Below, in pieces: positions 29,941 to 39,328 of a stretch of 64,000 bases of DNA. Every line of letters starts with the position of its first letter. Positions within the stretch are counted from its first letter, which is position 1. A program made the position numbers and the translations under genes. The notes under the pieces are model-generated. The model was not told the DNA's origin. It saw nothing but the letters and a program-made list of their open reading frames with translations, and made no database searches. Origin of the DNA: Candidatus Latescibacterota bacterium (GTDB taxonomy: Bacteria > Latescibacterota > CBDEFO01). The stretch is from positions 256,001-320,000 of the forward strand of contig OZ252149.1 in NCBI GenBank assembly GCA_965248755.1, read 5' to 3'.

Positions 29941-30912
29941 CTAAAAAGCGGCCTGGCATCCGGAGACTGGCCTTGACCGTCTCGCTACCCATCGGACACC
30001 GTTAAAGAGGCCCCTGGCTCTCTCGAGCGTTTCATCCGGCAGCGGCCCCTTTTCCAAGAACCGCACGGCCTCCGCCACATGTTCAGAGTTTGTCGATCCG
30101 AGAAGAGCTGTATCTACGTCAGCGTGTGAGAGTGTGAAGCGCAACACAAATTCCACCATGGATAAGTCTCCTGCGAGTTCTTCCAGAGGCAACTGGCGAG
30201 CCCGCTGCCACGGCTTCCGATAGAAGTCGTCCTCGGGTTCTTCCTTCAACTCCCACACTACATTTGAGATTGGCCGCTTGACGATAGTGCCTACTCCGCT
30301 TTCCTGAAGCGCCGGAATCAGCTCAGTGGCCGCTTCCTGAGACAGGAAATTGTAGGTGAACTGCCAGGTGTCCACCGGCCACTGCCGAACGAGTTCAGCG
30401 GCATATAGCACACCGGTCGGCTTCCCGACAAAGGCCCCGGCCGCAGGCCCATCAGCCGAAACCCCGACGAACCGGGCCCAGCCCCTCTCCCTAAGTCCCA
30501 GAAGAACCTCGAAGGCTTGCTCCACCTGTCCCACGGGGGGAAGACCGTGGAACTGGACCAGATCGATCATATCCACACGCAGCTTCTGCCTGCTTTGGTC
30601 CACAGTCCGGAGGATACCTTCGCGCGTATAGTCTTCGGAGATCTTTCGTCTGCCGTCACTTTCCAGCCAATAGCTGCCACACTTGGTAGCGATGGCGAAT
30701 TCATCCTTTCGCTGAGACAGCAACCTGCCAATGCGCTCTTCACTCAGACCATAGAGTGCAGCAGTGTCAAGGAAGTTGATGCCCAGGTCCAAGGCCTCAT
30801 TGAGCACCTTTTCCACGTGGGCATCTGACAGCTCCGCACTACCCAGACCGGCTGTGCCGAGACCAATCCTCGACACTTTTAGTCCTGTATTGCCGAGCAC
30901 GCGATATTCCAT
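29941..30912 (-). CDS. Aldo/keto reductase
   Basis: LGNTGLKVSRIGLG, FLDTAALYG.SEERIG, IATKCG, IDLVQFH. Confidence 0.93.
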   Translation of the reverse strand: MEYRVLGNTGLKVSRIGLGTAGLGSAELSDAHVEKVLNEALDLGINFLDTAALYGLSEERIGRLLSQRKDEFAIATKCGSYWLESDGRRKISEDYTREGILRTVDQSRQKLRVDMIDLVQFHGLPPVGQVEQAFEVLLGLRERGWARFVGVSADGPAAGAFVGKPTGVLYAAELVRQWPVDTWQFTYNFLSQEAATELIPALQESGVGTIVKRPISNVVWELKEEPEDDFYRKPWQRARQLPLEELAGDLSMVEFVLRFTLSHADVDTALLGSTNSEHVAEAVRFLEKGPLPDETLERARGLFNGVRWVARRSRPVSGCQAAF

Positions 30913-30938
30913 ACGATATCCCTTTGCGGTGAGTCCCA

Positions 30939-31049
30939 CTCACCTGTTGTAAGCAGTGTCCTGGCAGGCGCATGTGGGACATCCCGGCCTCGCAGAGGGG
31001 GAATATAATTGTGCCTCATCGCTCAGTCAGGTGCATCCCGTTGTTAGGC
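30939..31049 (-). other. Degenerate attC site
   Basis: Minus strand GCCTAAC-AACGG-GATGCACCTGAC ... CAGGTGAG; R' box lost. Confidence 0.6.
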
Positions 31050-31069
31050 CGCTTGTTGACGGTACTCTG

Positions 31070-31825
31070 TTATTGTACTGTCCAGCCACAATCAATCGTC
31101 CAACATGCTCCAGTTATCGATACGCCTTTTTCAGAACAAAGATAGAGCACAAGGTCGGCAACTTCCTTTGGTTCTATTAATTTCTTTATGGCAGCTGATT
31201 TGAGCATGATGTTCGCCACTACCTCTTCTTCACGAATCTGGTGTATTTTGGCCTGATCGATGATTTGCTTTTCAACTAAGGGAGTCCGTACATAGGACGG
31301 ACAAAGGGCATTTACGGTTATCCCATGAGCCCCACCTTCAAGGGCGGCCGTACGGGTCAATCCTATTAGACCATGTTTGACTGAGATATATCCAACCTTG
31401 TTCTGGGAAGCAACCAGTCCATGTATTGAGGCGATGTTCACAACACGTCCCCATTTTTGAGTTTTCATGTAGGGCCACACATATTTGGTCAGCAGAAAGG
31501 GCGCTGTCAGCATCACTCTCAACATCTGATCCCATTTTTCTTCTGGAAAATCCTCAAGCGGCGAGACATGCTGAAACCCCGCATTGTTTACCAGGATGTC
31601 GACTCTTCCGTATTGGCTAACCGTCGCATCGACCAAGTGACGGCACGATTCGCGTTCAGTCAGATCAACGTTGACAAAATAACCACCGACCTTTTCGGCT
31701 ACCGAAAGACCCTCCTCCTCCGTCCTGTCAGCAACGACAACTTTATGCCCTTCTTGACTCAAGGCTTCAGCTACTGACCTCCCGATGCCACGTGCACCAC
31801 CTGTTACTATTGCGCATTTCTTCAT
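31070..31825 (-). CDS. bdhA: 3-hydroxybutyrate dehydrogenase-like SDR (gene cassette)
   Basis: TGGARGIG, NNAGFQHVSPLEDFP, SIHGLVAS, YISVKHG, CPSYVRTPLVEKQI. Confidence 0.8.
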   Translation of the reverse strand: MKKCAIVTGGARGIGRSVAEALSQEGHKVVVADRTEEEGLSVAEKVGGYFVNVDLTERESCRHLVDATVSQYGRVDILVNNAGFQHVSPLEDFPEEKWDQMLRVMLTAPFLLTKYVWPYMKTQKWGRVVNIASIHGLVASQNKVGYISVKHGLIGLTRTAALEGGAHGITVNALCPSYVRTPLVEKQIIDQAKIHQIREEEVVANIMLKSAAIKKLIEPKEVADLVLYLCSEKGVSITGACWTIDCGWTVQ

Positions 31826-31835
31826 GGTCTTCTCT

Positions 31836-31856
31836 GGCTAACGGCTGAGCTCAGCC
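31836..31856 (-). other. Right half of an attC site
   Basis: Minus strand GCTGAGC-TCAGCC-GTTAGCC, 10 bp before the SDR start. Confidence 0.65.
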
Positions 31857-31869
31857 TATCTACCAAATA

Positions 31870-32200
31870 TTCGAGACCTTCCTTACTAAGTGTATTATTG
31901 TATGTATAATAGCCTTGATAGATTTGATGGAATAATATCAGGCGACTGGGTAATTAATATTTGCGGCTTATTAAGTGCCACTGCCAGTCCCGCTTCAAAA
32001 TAGACATTTTGATTTCTATCCGAGAGTTCTGCTAGAACCATATCCAAAGATTTAATACTTTCCTGAATGTTGCTGGACAGATCCATAGCCCTAATCTGTT
32101 GCTCGGCTCGAACTATCTTGAATGGATACTCGAATGAATCACAAGCTTTTCTAATTACGTCAAAAACAAGCTCCCTTTTATCTTCGAGTTCCAATGGCTC
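31870..32200 (-). pseudogene. Remnant of a nucleoside 2-deoxyribosyltransferase-like (TIR/NDT fold) gene
   Basis: DMVLAELSDRNQNVYFEAGLAVALNKPQILI; no proper start, premature stop. Confidence 0.6.
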
Positions 32201-32229
32201 TTTTCTAAGTGAGGGAGCGGTATGAAACT

Positions 32230-32455
32230 CCCATCCCAGATGAAGGGAACCGCTTGGCCCACGGCAATCAAGGTATCCGCTGAATCGCAAAGCAAGAGTT
32301 GATAATCCGGGAACATTTCAAACAACAGATGCCAGTGGTAGATATTGCCATGCAGCAGAAAGGGAGGCCAGGCTTCGTTGCACAGTCGGTCGATCTGGTG
32401 GCAAAACTCTGGTTTCTGGGCGAAGGTATAAATTGAATACGTCCTATCTTCAGTC
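32230..32455 (-). pseudogene. Truncated cassette gene, N-terminus of a putative GNAT-like transferase
   Basis: YTFAQKPE...EAWPPFLLH...LFEMFPDYQLLL...AVPFIWDG, then fused to unrelated sequence. Confidence 0.45.
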
Positions 32456-32481
32456 CAACTCCGGAGATGAGCAGAAAGCCC

Positions 32482-32512
32482 GCCCAACGGTCGGTTGTAG
32501 TAAGTGTTAGGG
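32482..32512 (-). other. Collapsed attC (R'' and R' boxes only)
   Basis: Minus strand CCCTAAC ... GTTGGGC spanning only 31 bp, 10 bp after a stop codon. Confidence 0.45.
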
Positions 32513-32522
32513 CCACGCGTGT

Positions 32523-32993
32523 TCATAGCCACCGACGGACAGCTGCCTTGTACTGAAAAAATTCCTCGCCAAATTTGGCCTCCAGGTGACGTTCCTCTCT
32601 ACGCACCACCCACAGATCCATCACAAGGAACACTGGTGCCACCAAGATTAAGATCCAACCATTGTTAAGGAGGTTTCCAATGCCCAAGTACAAAAGCGTC
32701 AACGATACATAGGAAGGATTACGCGAGAACCGATAGGGTCCCTCCGTAATCAGAGCCGAGGCCGGCTTCCGTACGTCGAACGACGTACCCGCTCGGCGAA
32801 AGCGCTTGAGGACGGGTGGCATTATTAGCCCACTAACGAGAATAACAACCGACCCGATGACGTATCTCAAGGAGCCTGATAAAGGCGACGTAGGCCATAG
32901 GTAATTGAGCACGGATCCTATAGCGAGCGCCGCCACGTAAATTACTGGCGGCGGAATACGGATTCCAGGCCCTGATGATGCTTCCACGTTCAT
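32523..32993 (-). CDS. Isoprenylcysteine carboxylmethyltransferase / PEMT family membrane protein (gene cassette)
   Basis: LITEGPYRFSRNPSY and REERHLEAKFGEEF..YK..VRRWL. Confidence 0.88.
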   Translation of the reverse strand: MNVEASSGPGIRIPPPVIYVAALAIGSVLNYLWPTSPLSGSLRYVIGSVVILVSGLIMPPVLKRFRRAGTSFDVRKPASALITEGPYRFSRNPSYVSLTLLYLGIGNLLNNGWILILVAPVFLVMDLWVVRREERHLEAKFGEEFFQYKAAVRRWL

Positions 32994-33015
32994 AAAGTTT
33001 TCGTGCTGGCGCGCG

Positions 33016-33087
33016 CCTTAACGTCCAAGCTCACCTGCTTCTATGAAGAGTAGCGGATTAGCGCTCAGGTGCAGCGTCTTGTTAGGC
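33016..33087 (-). other. Complete attC recombination site (72 bp)
   Basis: Minus strand R'' GCCTAAC, L'' GCTGCACCTG, L' CAGGTGAGC (one base shorter), R' GTTAAGG. Confidence 0.88.
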
Positions 33088-33364
33088 GCTCATACTGACT
33101 TGTCCAATAACAGTTTCTTAAACACAATATAATGAGTGACTAGAAGGGTAGGAACCCAAAATGATGGTATCCAGTATGAAGCACCCATATATGGCCCAAT
33201 GTTGTGTAGTGCTCCCATAAGAAATGGCGTATGTAAGGTCAATTGTGCCAACCACATTAAACACCCACATAGCTGTTATCTTAAACGGCTTATCTTGCCT
33301 AATTGCATATAAGGCAAACAGCGCCAGTAATGCTGTGTACTGCTTCCCAGGAAAGCGACACCAA

Positions 33365-34228
33365 TTAAGCAACCTGGGGTAGTAGATAAAATTGTTTTCT
33401 CCACTCTTTTGGGGTCTTATATCCCAGGGATGAATGAAGCCTGTTCTTGTTGTAATTATCGATCCACTGAGATATGATCTTCTCAGCCTGTTCAAAGGAT
33501 TCAAACTTGTGAAGCCAAACACACTCTTGCTTGAGGGTCCTGAAAAAACGCTCTACAACACCGTTCCAATCGGGTTTACCACTTGGTATGTATTCCTGAC
33601 GAATTCCCCAATATTCGGTACTGGCCAAATAGGCCCGAGCCAAAAAGATGGAACCATTGTCAGAGCGCAAAGTGAGACCCTGGGGGACAGCCTCCTTGGA
33701 AGTGTATCGAGAGATCACGGCCCGATCCAGGGCATCTGTGGCCTCCAGTGCCCTCCCTTTTCGACTAAAACGATACCCAGGAACCTCCCGGCTTCCGTTG
33801 TCCACCACCGCAATAAGAGGACACCAACCATCTTTTCCACAGTAAATCTTTGTCAAGTCACTCGACCACAAACTGTCGGGACTATCCACCACAGAACGCT
33901 TCTGGGCAACCTGTGGCCCCTTTCTCCCGGGACGATTCCACAGCTTACACTGCCACCCCTTAAGCTTCATTATCCTATGAACCTTCTTAACGTTGACACA
34001 TTCCCCTTCCTTGAAACGAAGATGCGCCCAAACCCGCCTGTGACCAAATGCCTCTTCTTGGTCCAGTATCCCTCGAATACGAAAAGCAAGCTCCTCATCT
34101 ATCACAGGCTCTTTAACAGAAGAACTGACACCTCTATCCCTAAACCTATACAGAGTCGAACGATGCAAACCCAAAGCCAAAGCTACCACCTTGCGGGAAT
34201 AGCCTCGACCCAAAAACCGCCCACTCAA
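33365..34228 (-). CDS. IS3-family transposase OrfB (DDE integrase core)
   Basis: WSSDLT, LRSDNGS, NGVVERFFRTLKQE, YNKNRLHSSLGYKTP. Confidence 0.93.
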   Translation of the reverse strand: MSGRFLGRGYSRKVVALALGLHRSTLYRFRDRGVSSSVKEPVIDEELAFRIRGILDQEEAFGHRRVWAHLRFKEGECVNVKKVHRIMKLKGWQCKLWNRPGRKGPQVAQKRSVVDSPDSLWSSDLTKIYCGKDGWCPLIAVVDNGSREVPGYRFSRKGRALEATDALDRAVISRYTSKEAVPQGLTLRSDNGSIFLARAYLASTEYWGIRQEYIPSGKPDWNGVVERFFRTLKQECVWLHKFESFEQAEKIISQWIDNYNKNRLHSSLGYKTPKEWRKQFYLLPQVA

Positions 34229-34554
34229 GGCAACCGCTTCGTTTTTTTTAGACGGGCTACCTCTTCGAGTATCTCCAACTGGAGCGTCAACTGCCCTACC
34301 TTGCGCTCCAACCGGCTAACCTCTCGCTCCTTCGGATCCTTGCGACCACGCCGAGACTTCAGACTCTCCTGGCCCCCTTCTAAGAAACTATCACGCCAAG
34401 CATACGCCTGCGACTGGCTAATTCCATTCTTACGACACACCTCAGATAGATCTGCTCCTCTCAAAAGAGCCAACACAATCTCTCCCTTACGGGTCGCCGT
34501 CCAGCGCTTACCATCTTTCACTTCGGGGCTCGACACCTTGACCTCCCTTCTCAA
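34225..34554 (-). CDS. IS3-family transposase OrfA (HTH)
   Basis: RWTATRKGEIVLALL...EVCRKNGIS...LERKVGQLTL; A8 run at 34242-34249 suits -1 frameshifting. Confidence 0.85.
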   Translation of the reverse strand: MRREVKVSSPEVKDGKRWTATRKGEIVLALLRGADLSEVCRKNGISQSQAYAWRDSFLEGGQESLKSRRGRKDPKEREVSRLERKVGQLTLQLEILEEVARLKKTKRLP

Positions 34555-34877
34555 ACCCCAATTTGCGAAATATTTGTCGCTCTGTCAAGGGGAGCGGTAT
34601 GGCTGATATAAAGTCACCAATCCCAGAAGGGTACGCAAATTGTGGGGGCATGCCTTCATACACCGCACCAGATGTCATAAACATAAGACCAAGATGTCTC
34701 AGCGAATGCAATATCAATATTGGAACAAATATAGCTGCAGCAGATATTTCTTTTAACTTTGGCATCAAATATATCATTGCTGCCCAGTAAAATATGATCG
34801 TACTCAGTGCTAAATTAAATGGCAGGATTCTATCTAAAATAATCTGATCCAATATCATCTCCTTCGTTCTTGTTTGC

Positions 34878-35050
34878 GCCTAATTAGGACTTGTGCAGTT
34901 TTCTAGGCTAAGAACCTATATACAGCTATGTGAGCTATATAAGACCCCACTGAAATATTAAGAAGAAACCTGCAATATTAAAAATATCATTCTGTTGAGT
35001 ATAATTAGCATAAGTCTTGTAGGAATTATATACAGACTGTATAAAACCCC
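34878..35050 (-). other. attI-like region between the IntI 3' end and the first cassette
   Basis: Repeated GGG(T/TC)TTATA(C/T)AG motifs, ending GTTCTTAG...ACTGCACAAGTCCTAATTAGGC; resembles 49009-49190. Confidence 0.5.
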
Positions 35051-35053
35051 AAT

Positions 35054-35149
35054 TCAACGGTTTAGAACGTGAGTATAAATCATTGTCGTTTTGACATCCT
35101 TATGGCCGAGTAATTCCTGAACTGTGCGAATATCATCACCATCTCCCAA
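35054..35149 (-). pseudogene. intI: Integron integrase C-terminal remnant
   Basis: [31 protein letters not shown]. Confidence 0.88.
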
Positions 35150-35187
35150 GCCGCCTTGCGCGGCGCAGCGCTAACTTGACGTTACAC
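35146..35187 (+). other. attC fragment in the opposite orientation, abutting the IntI remnant
   Basis: CCAAGCCGCCTTGCGCGGCGCAGCGCTAACTTGAC-GTTACAC resembles an attC right half. Confidence 0.4.
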
Positions 35188-35240
35188 GCTGTCCTGAAGT
35201 TCATCGAATAGTCGAGTAATGAAAAACTATGGACGACATC

Positions 35241-36287
35241 TCAGGACCTCAGATTTACGCCATATATCTCTACCTTTTCCATCCTTCCGCGCAACTCCAC
35301 GGCTCCGAGAAGAACAAAATCAAGCTCTGCATCCTGCAGGAGTTGCTCTTTCACGTAAGTAGAGACCAAAAGGGATTCGTTGTATTTATTGCATTCTCCC
35401 TGAATTCTGGCAGCCGTATTCAAAACATCGCTCAGATAAGCGATATCTCTTTTTACATCTCCTACCTCCGCTACAGTAACTGGACCTGTATTTATGCCGG
35501 CCTTAAATTCGGGGATGATTCCGTAATTTTCATTGTAATAGGTTGATTTTGACTTCAATTCCCTCTGAAACTCAAAGAATACCATTATACAGTTTTTATT
35601 TCTAATGCCATCCTCAATTGTCCAAGTAAGTATCACTTCATCTCCGACATATTGGTATATCTCGACATCATGCTTTCGCACGGCGTTTGTGAGGTCACTG
35701 AAACAGTCCTGTATCAGTTTGGAAAACTGGATATGTCCAAGTCGTTCGGCATGAGTGGTTGACGATTTCAGATCCAAAAACATAAATATGCGCTTTTCTT
35801 CTCTTGGGAAGTGATATTTACCCATCATAAGATTTATCAGTACCCGTTTCCCCACCATGTTTCCCATCTGGTCAAAAAACGATACTACAGCAGTAGCTGT
35901 GACTAAGTAGGCTAAGGCTACAATGGCAGGTGGCTTAGCAACTCTTCTTGCAAACGAAGGCAACAATTCTGACCAAGAACTTTGGTCTTGAATTATTACC
36001 AGCATTCTTGAAGCGAAAACTAATATTACCATCGATAAGAAAACGATAATGGCTCTATACACAATTATGTAAACATATGATTTTCTGCGAACACTGGGTC
36101 TTTCAGATAGACCCAAGCTGAACCAGTATGATATACCCAGCAATACACTTGCAAATATCCACATCGAAACGAGGGCTTTATTCGTAGATGCCCAGTCAGG
36201 TCTGGATTCGGAACCCACAAATCGAACCAGTAAGTATAAAGCGCTGACTATACTCCAAACGATGATACTTGAGACAACACTTTTCAT
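35241..36287 (-). CDS. Membrane-bound class III adenylate/guanylate cyclase domain protein (AT-rich cassette)
   Basis: Four TM segments; FMFLDLKSST, YQYVGDEV, DVLNTAARIQ. Confidence 0.9.
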   Translation of the reverse strand: MKSVVSSIIVWSIVSALYLLVRFVGSESRPDWASTNKALVSMWIFASVLLGISYWFSLGLSERPSVRRKSYVYIIVYRAIIVFLSMVILVFASRMLVIIQDQSSWSELLPSFARRVAKPPAIVALAYLVTATAVVSFFDQMGNMVGKRVLINLMMGKYHFPREEKRIFMFLDLKSSTTHAERLGHIQFSKLIQDCFSDLTNAVRKHDVEIYQYVGDEVILTWTIEDGIRNKNCIMVFFEFQRELKSKSTYYNENYGIIPEFKAGINTGPVTVAEVGDVKRDIAYLSDVLNTAARIQGECNKYNESLLVSTYVKEQLLQDAELDFVLLGAVELRGRMEKVEIYGVNLRS

Positions 36288-36371
36288 GCGTGTGCTTCCT
36301 TTAAGCTTAGTTTATGTACTACCTGTTACACATCCGAAGTAAATAGGAAGAATGGTCGGTTAATTAATCGC

Positions 36372-36434
36372 CTCTAACGTTTCGAGCATTCGCGAACCGC
36401 GAAGCGGTCGGTCAGCTGCATCCCGCTGTTAGGC
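36372..36434 (-). other. attC site (63 bp)
   Basis: Minus strand GCCTAAC-AGCGG-GATGCAGCTGAC...ACCGCTTCGCGGT hairpin...GTTAGAG. Confidence 0.75.
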
Positions 36435-36440
36435 CGTGAC

Positions 36441-36640
36441 CTACTTATACTCCGGTTTGTAGCGCGGCTCATAGAGCTCGGCTACGACTCCGCCTGGCAT
36501 CCGACATTGAGTGATGAGGCAGAAACCAGCATCCGTGATTTTGTCTGCGAACTCTACGCTTCGCCTACAAGTCAGCAACGGTTCGGGCCAGATCGTCGCC
36601 GTAGAAGGAGATGCCGTATGTTCCAGCGGAAGAACCTATT
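36441..36640 (-). pseudogene. C-terminal remnant of a VOC/glyoxalase cassette gene
   Basis: GISFYGDDLARTVADL* then VEFADKITDAGF...MPGGVVAELYEPRY; stop lies 6 bp before the attC. Confidence 0.6.
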
Positions 36641-36677
36641 TCCACGGTTTCAACACTTTTTGACACTATGATATCCA

Positions 36678-37634
36678 TTAAAAACCGGCCTTTAGATCAC
36701 ACACATTCAATAAAGGCTCACCGGCAAGATAGCGCCGGAGATTATCTTTGAATATCTGCCCACGACGCACCCAGAGCTGCGGAGAGTGTGCGGATACATG
36801 GGGAGTTAAGAGCACATTGGGCATATCCCACAAGGGACTATCAGAAGGCGGAGGCTCCTGGGCCAAAACGTCCAATCCAGCTCCTGCGACGTGTCCCGAT
36901 CGAAGGGCATCGATCAGAGCCTCTTCGTCTACGATCCCCCCTCTTGATATCACGATGATATGAGCGCCCGGCTTGATGCGCTCGATACACCGGCGGTCAA
37001 TCATATTACGGCTCTCAGCAGTATAGGGAGCAGTAACAACCAACCAGTCGGATAGCGACAGGAGGTCGTCCAAGCGTTCCATGCCCCAGACTTCGCGGAC
37101 ACCCGGCGGTGGCGATATTGGGTGAATATCGACAGCGTAAACGTCCATATCGAAGCCACGCGCTCGCTGAGCAATGGCCTTGCCCACATCGCCCAACGCA
37201 ACTACCCCCATAGTAGTACCTGCCAATTCTATCATCACATCCATGTAATTTTGTGTATCCCAACGATGAGCTTTTTGGTCGGCTATGAGTTCGGGAATGT
37301 GGTGCGCAAACGCCAGGATCATAGCAAAGGTATGATCCGCCATAGGGATGACGTGCGTGCCCACAGCGTTAGTAAAGACGATATCGCTTTCAACGATTTC
37401 CGGTACTTCTTTCAAAATCTTGTCAAAACCCATACCAATACAATGGAACCAGCGCAGGCAATTTGCTGCCTGGAAGGCTCCTTGGCTGATCAATCCAAAC
37501 TGGACTTCAGCGTCAACTACCTCTTTTACCTCATCCTCAAGGTTGTAGGCGGGTCGGAAATCGACATCCGGGAAAGTTTCCCGTAAATCTCGGACGAATT
37601 CCTCACCTAAATCAAAAGCCAATACGATCTTCAT
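36678..37634 (-). CDS. D-2-hydroxyacid dehydrogenase
   Basis: ALGDVGKAIA, ISRGGIVDEEAL, GLDVLAQEP, LTPHVS. Confidence 0.92.
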   Translation of the reverse strand: MKIVLAFDLGEEFVRDLRETFPDVDFRPAYNLEDEVKEVVDAEVQFGLISQGAFQAANCLRWFHCIGMGFDKILKEVPEIVESDIVFTNAVGTHVIPMADHTFAMILAFAHHIPELIADQKAHRWDTQNYMDVMIELAGTTMGVVALGDVGKAIAQRARGFDMDVYAVDIHPISPPPGVREVWGMERLDDLLSLSDWLVVTAPYTAESRNMIDRRCIERIKPGAHIIVISRGGIVDEEALIDALRSGHVAGAGLDVLAQEPPPSDSPLWDMPNVLLTPHVSAHSPQLWVRRGQIFKDNLRRYLAGEPLLNVCDLKAGF

Positions 37635-37709
37635 AAGCCAATCCTCATCACCAATACCGGGAGAATCCATTTCCATAATTTCAACACTTTCTGTGAATTC
37701 GATCATACC

Positions 37710-37870
37710 ATTTAGAACCGCACTTTAGAGCACACACATTCAATGAAGCGTCGCTGGCAAGATACCGTTGGAGATTATCTTTCGATATCTTATTAGGACC
37801 TTCACAGTTTTGGGGCGACTCGACAGAAGCATCGGGAGATAACGACACACAAGGTATATTCATAGAAAAG
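37710..37870 (-). pseudogene. Decayed C-terminus of a tandem 2-hydroxyacid dehydrogenase paralogue
   Basis: KDNLQRYLASDASLNVCALK versus KDNLRRYLAGEPLLNVCDLK in the adjacent gene. Confidence 0.65.
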
Positions 37871-38372
37871 CGCGCCGTCCTGTTACGGCCACGAAGCCTC
37901 AAGCTAGTCCGCTATCACGGCGTCCTGGCTCCAAACGCCAGCATCCGGGACCAGCTCGCACCCGCCCAGACTGTATGAGATCAGCCAGCGCTGACACAGC
38001 AGAACGATGACCCCATCCGGGGACGACAACTGCATCGCCTCGTCTGACCCGCCTTACTGGCCAGTGTCTGCGCCATCTACGTCGCTGTCCGCCCAGCCCG
38101 TGCAGGCCGCCTCGAGATCCACTTTTGTGCGATGATCTCGACTTCGTCTTGATCTGTACGCCCCGCGGCGGGCAATTGGAGCCAGCACTCGCCGCCGATC
38201 CGCGTGCGATTATGCGTGACAACCATCGCCGTCAAATGGAGAGTATCATACACAGTGTTGAAACTGAGGCGCTACCCCTTTGCGATGAGCGTCAGCGGTT
38301 CAAGGCAGTCGAGATTGTCCTGTTGTGTATAAATTGAGTCAGGGTGTACGGATTGTCAACTTACCGCTCCAG

Positions 38373-39185
38373 TCACAGGCCAGGCACGTAACCTTGTCCC
38401 CATTGTTCTTGCCGCGGCTCACGGAAATCCCCGGACAGCGGCATGATCCCGTTCTGGCCCCCGTCGGAGATGAACGTCTGGCCAATGATATACCGCGCAT
38501 CCTCAGACGCCATAAAGACAGCCAACCGTCCAATGTCCCAGGGGTCTCCAATGATACCCGCGGGAATCGTGCGACCGGCAGCTTCCGGGTCCAAGTCCTT
38601 CAGTACTTTTAGATGGTTTTCCACGAGAATCCAACCCGGTGCAATCGCGTTAACGCGAATGCCCTTGGGCGCCAGTTCCAACGCCAGAACACGTGTGAAA
38701 GCAACGATTGCCGCTTTGGTTCCGGCGTAAACCGTATGCTCGGTCATTCCAGTGAACGCATGCACCGAACTCAGGTTGATCACCACACCGTGACCCTGTT
38801 CGATCATAGCAGGAACTGCCGACTGGGTCGCAAAGAACATAGCACGTATATTTACGTGGTAGAGCGTGTCGAATTGCTCGGGCGTCACCTGCAGGAATGG
38901 CTTGTTCATCGTGATGCCTGCGTTGTTCACAATGATATCGATCCCGCCTAGAAACTCCATCGCCGTTGAGACCAATCCCCGAACCTGATGGATGTCACAG
39001 AAATCCGCCTTGAATGCCTCTGCCTTTCCGCCGTCGCGCTTGATTTCATCTACTGCCGTACTGGCTCCTGTCTCGCTGTGAGCATAATGGAGAACGACGG
39101 CAGCTCCTTCCTTCGCAAACTCCAGCGCGACGCCCCTGCCAATTCCGGTGCCCGAACCCGTCACGAGCACACGTTTGCCTGCCAT
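38373..39185 (-). CDS. SDR family oxidoreductase (glucose 1-dehydrogenase-like)
   Basis: TGSGTGIG, NNAG, YAGTK, NAIAPG; start position uncertain. Confidence 0.9.
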   Translation of the reverse strand: MAGKRVLVTGSGTGIGRGVALEFAKEGAAVVLHYAHSETGASTAVDEIKRDGGKAEAFKADFCDIHQVRGLVSTAMEFLGGIDIIVNNAGITMNKPFLQVTPEQFDTLYHVNIRAMFFATQSAVPAMIEQGHGVVINLSSVHAFTGMTEHTVYAGTKAAIVAFTRVLALELAPKGIRVNAIAPGWILVENHLKVLKDLDPEAAGRTIPAGIIGDPWDIGRLAVFMASEDARYIIGQTFISDGGQNGIMPLSGDFREPRQEQWGQGYVPGL

Positions 39186-39328
39186 CTTTTTCGTCTGTGT
39201 GATCTTGCACCTCCTGTTGAAAATAGGATTGCCAACATCTATCCGACAATAATAGAACGCCTCAAACCAGATAGATTGGGATTCCACCTTCTAACTGTCC
39301 AGAGAGCTCTAACTCCTGTCACTACAGC

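Larger units (their letters stand above)
33336..34601 (-). mobile_element. IS3-family insertion sequence (1266 bp)
   Basis: Imperfect terminal IRs TGTACTGCTTCCC..AGCGACA / TGTCGCT..GGGAGCGGTATG; 4-bp target duplication GCTG at 33332-33335 and 34602-34605. Confidence 0.9.
33090..34858 (-). pseudogene. Membrane-protein cassette gene interrupted by an IS3-family element, with an additional frameshift
   Basis: Removing the IS and one target copy joins GIGDFIS to ALLALFALYAIR; tail YMGASYWIPSFWVPTLLVTHYIVF in a shifted frame stops 2 bp before the attC. Confidence 0.8.

Noticed and set aside
33434..34606. 390-aa plus-strand ORF
   Set aside because: Antisense shadow of the IS3 transposase; no protein-like motifs
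37899..38337. Short ORFs between the SDR and dehydrogenase genes
   Set aside because: Low-complexity translations; at most heavily decayed sequence
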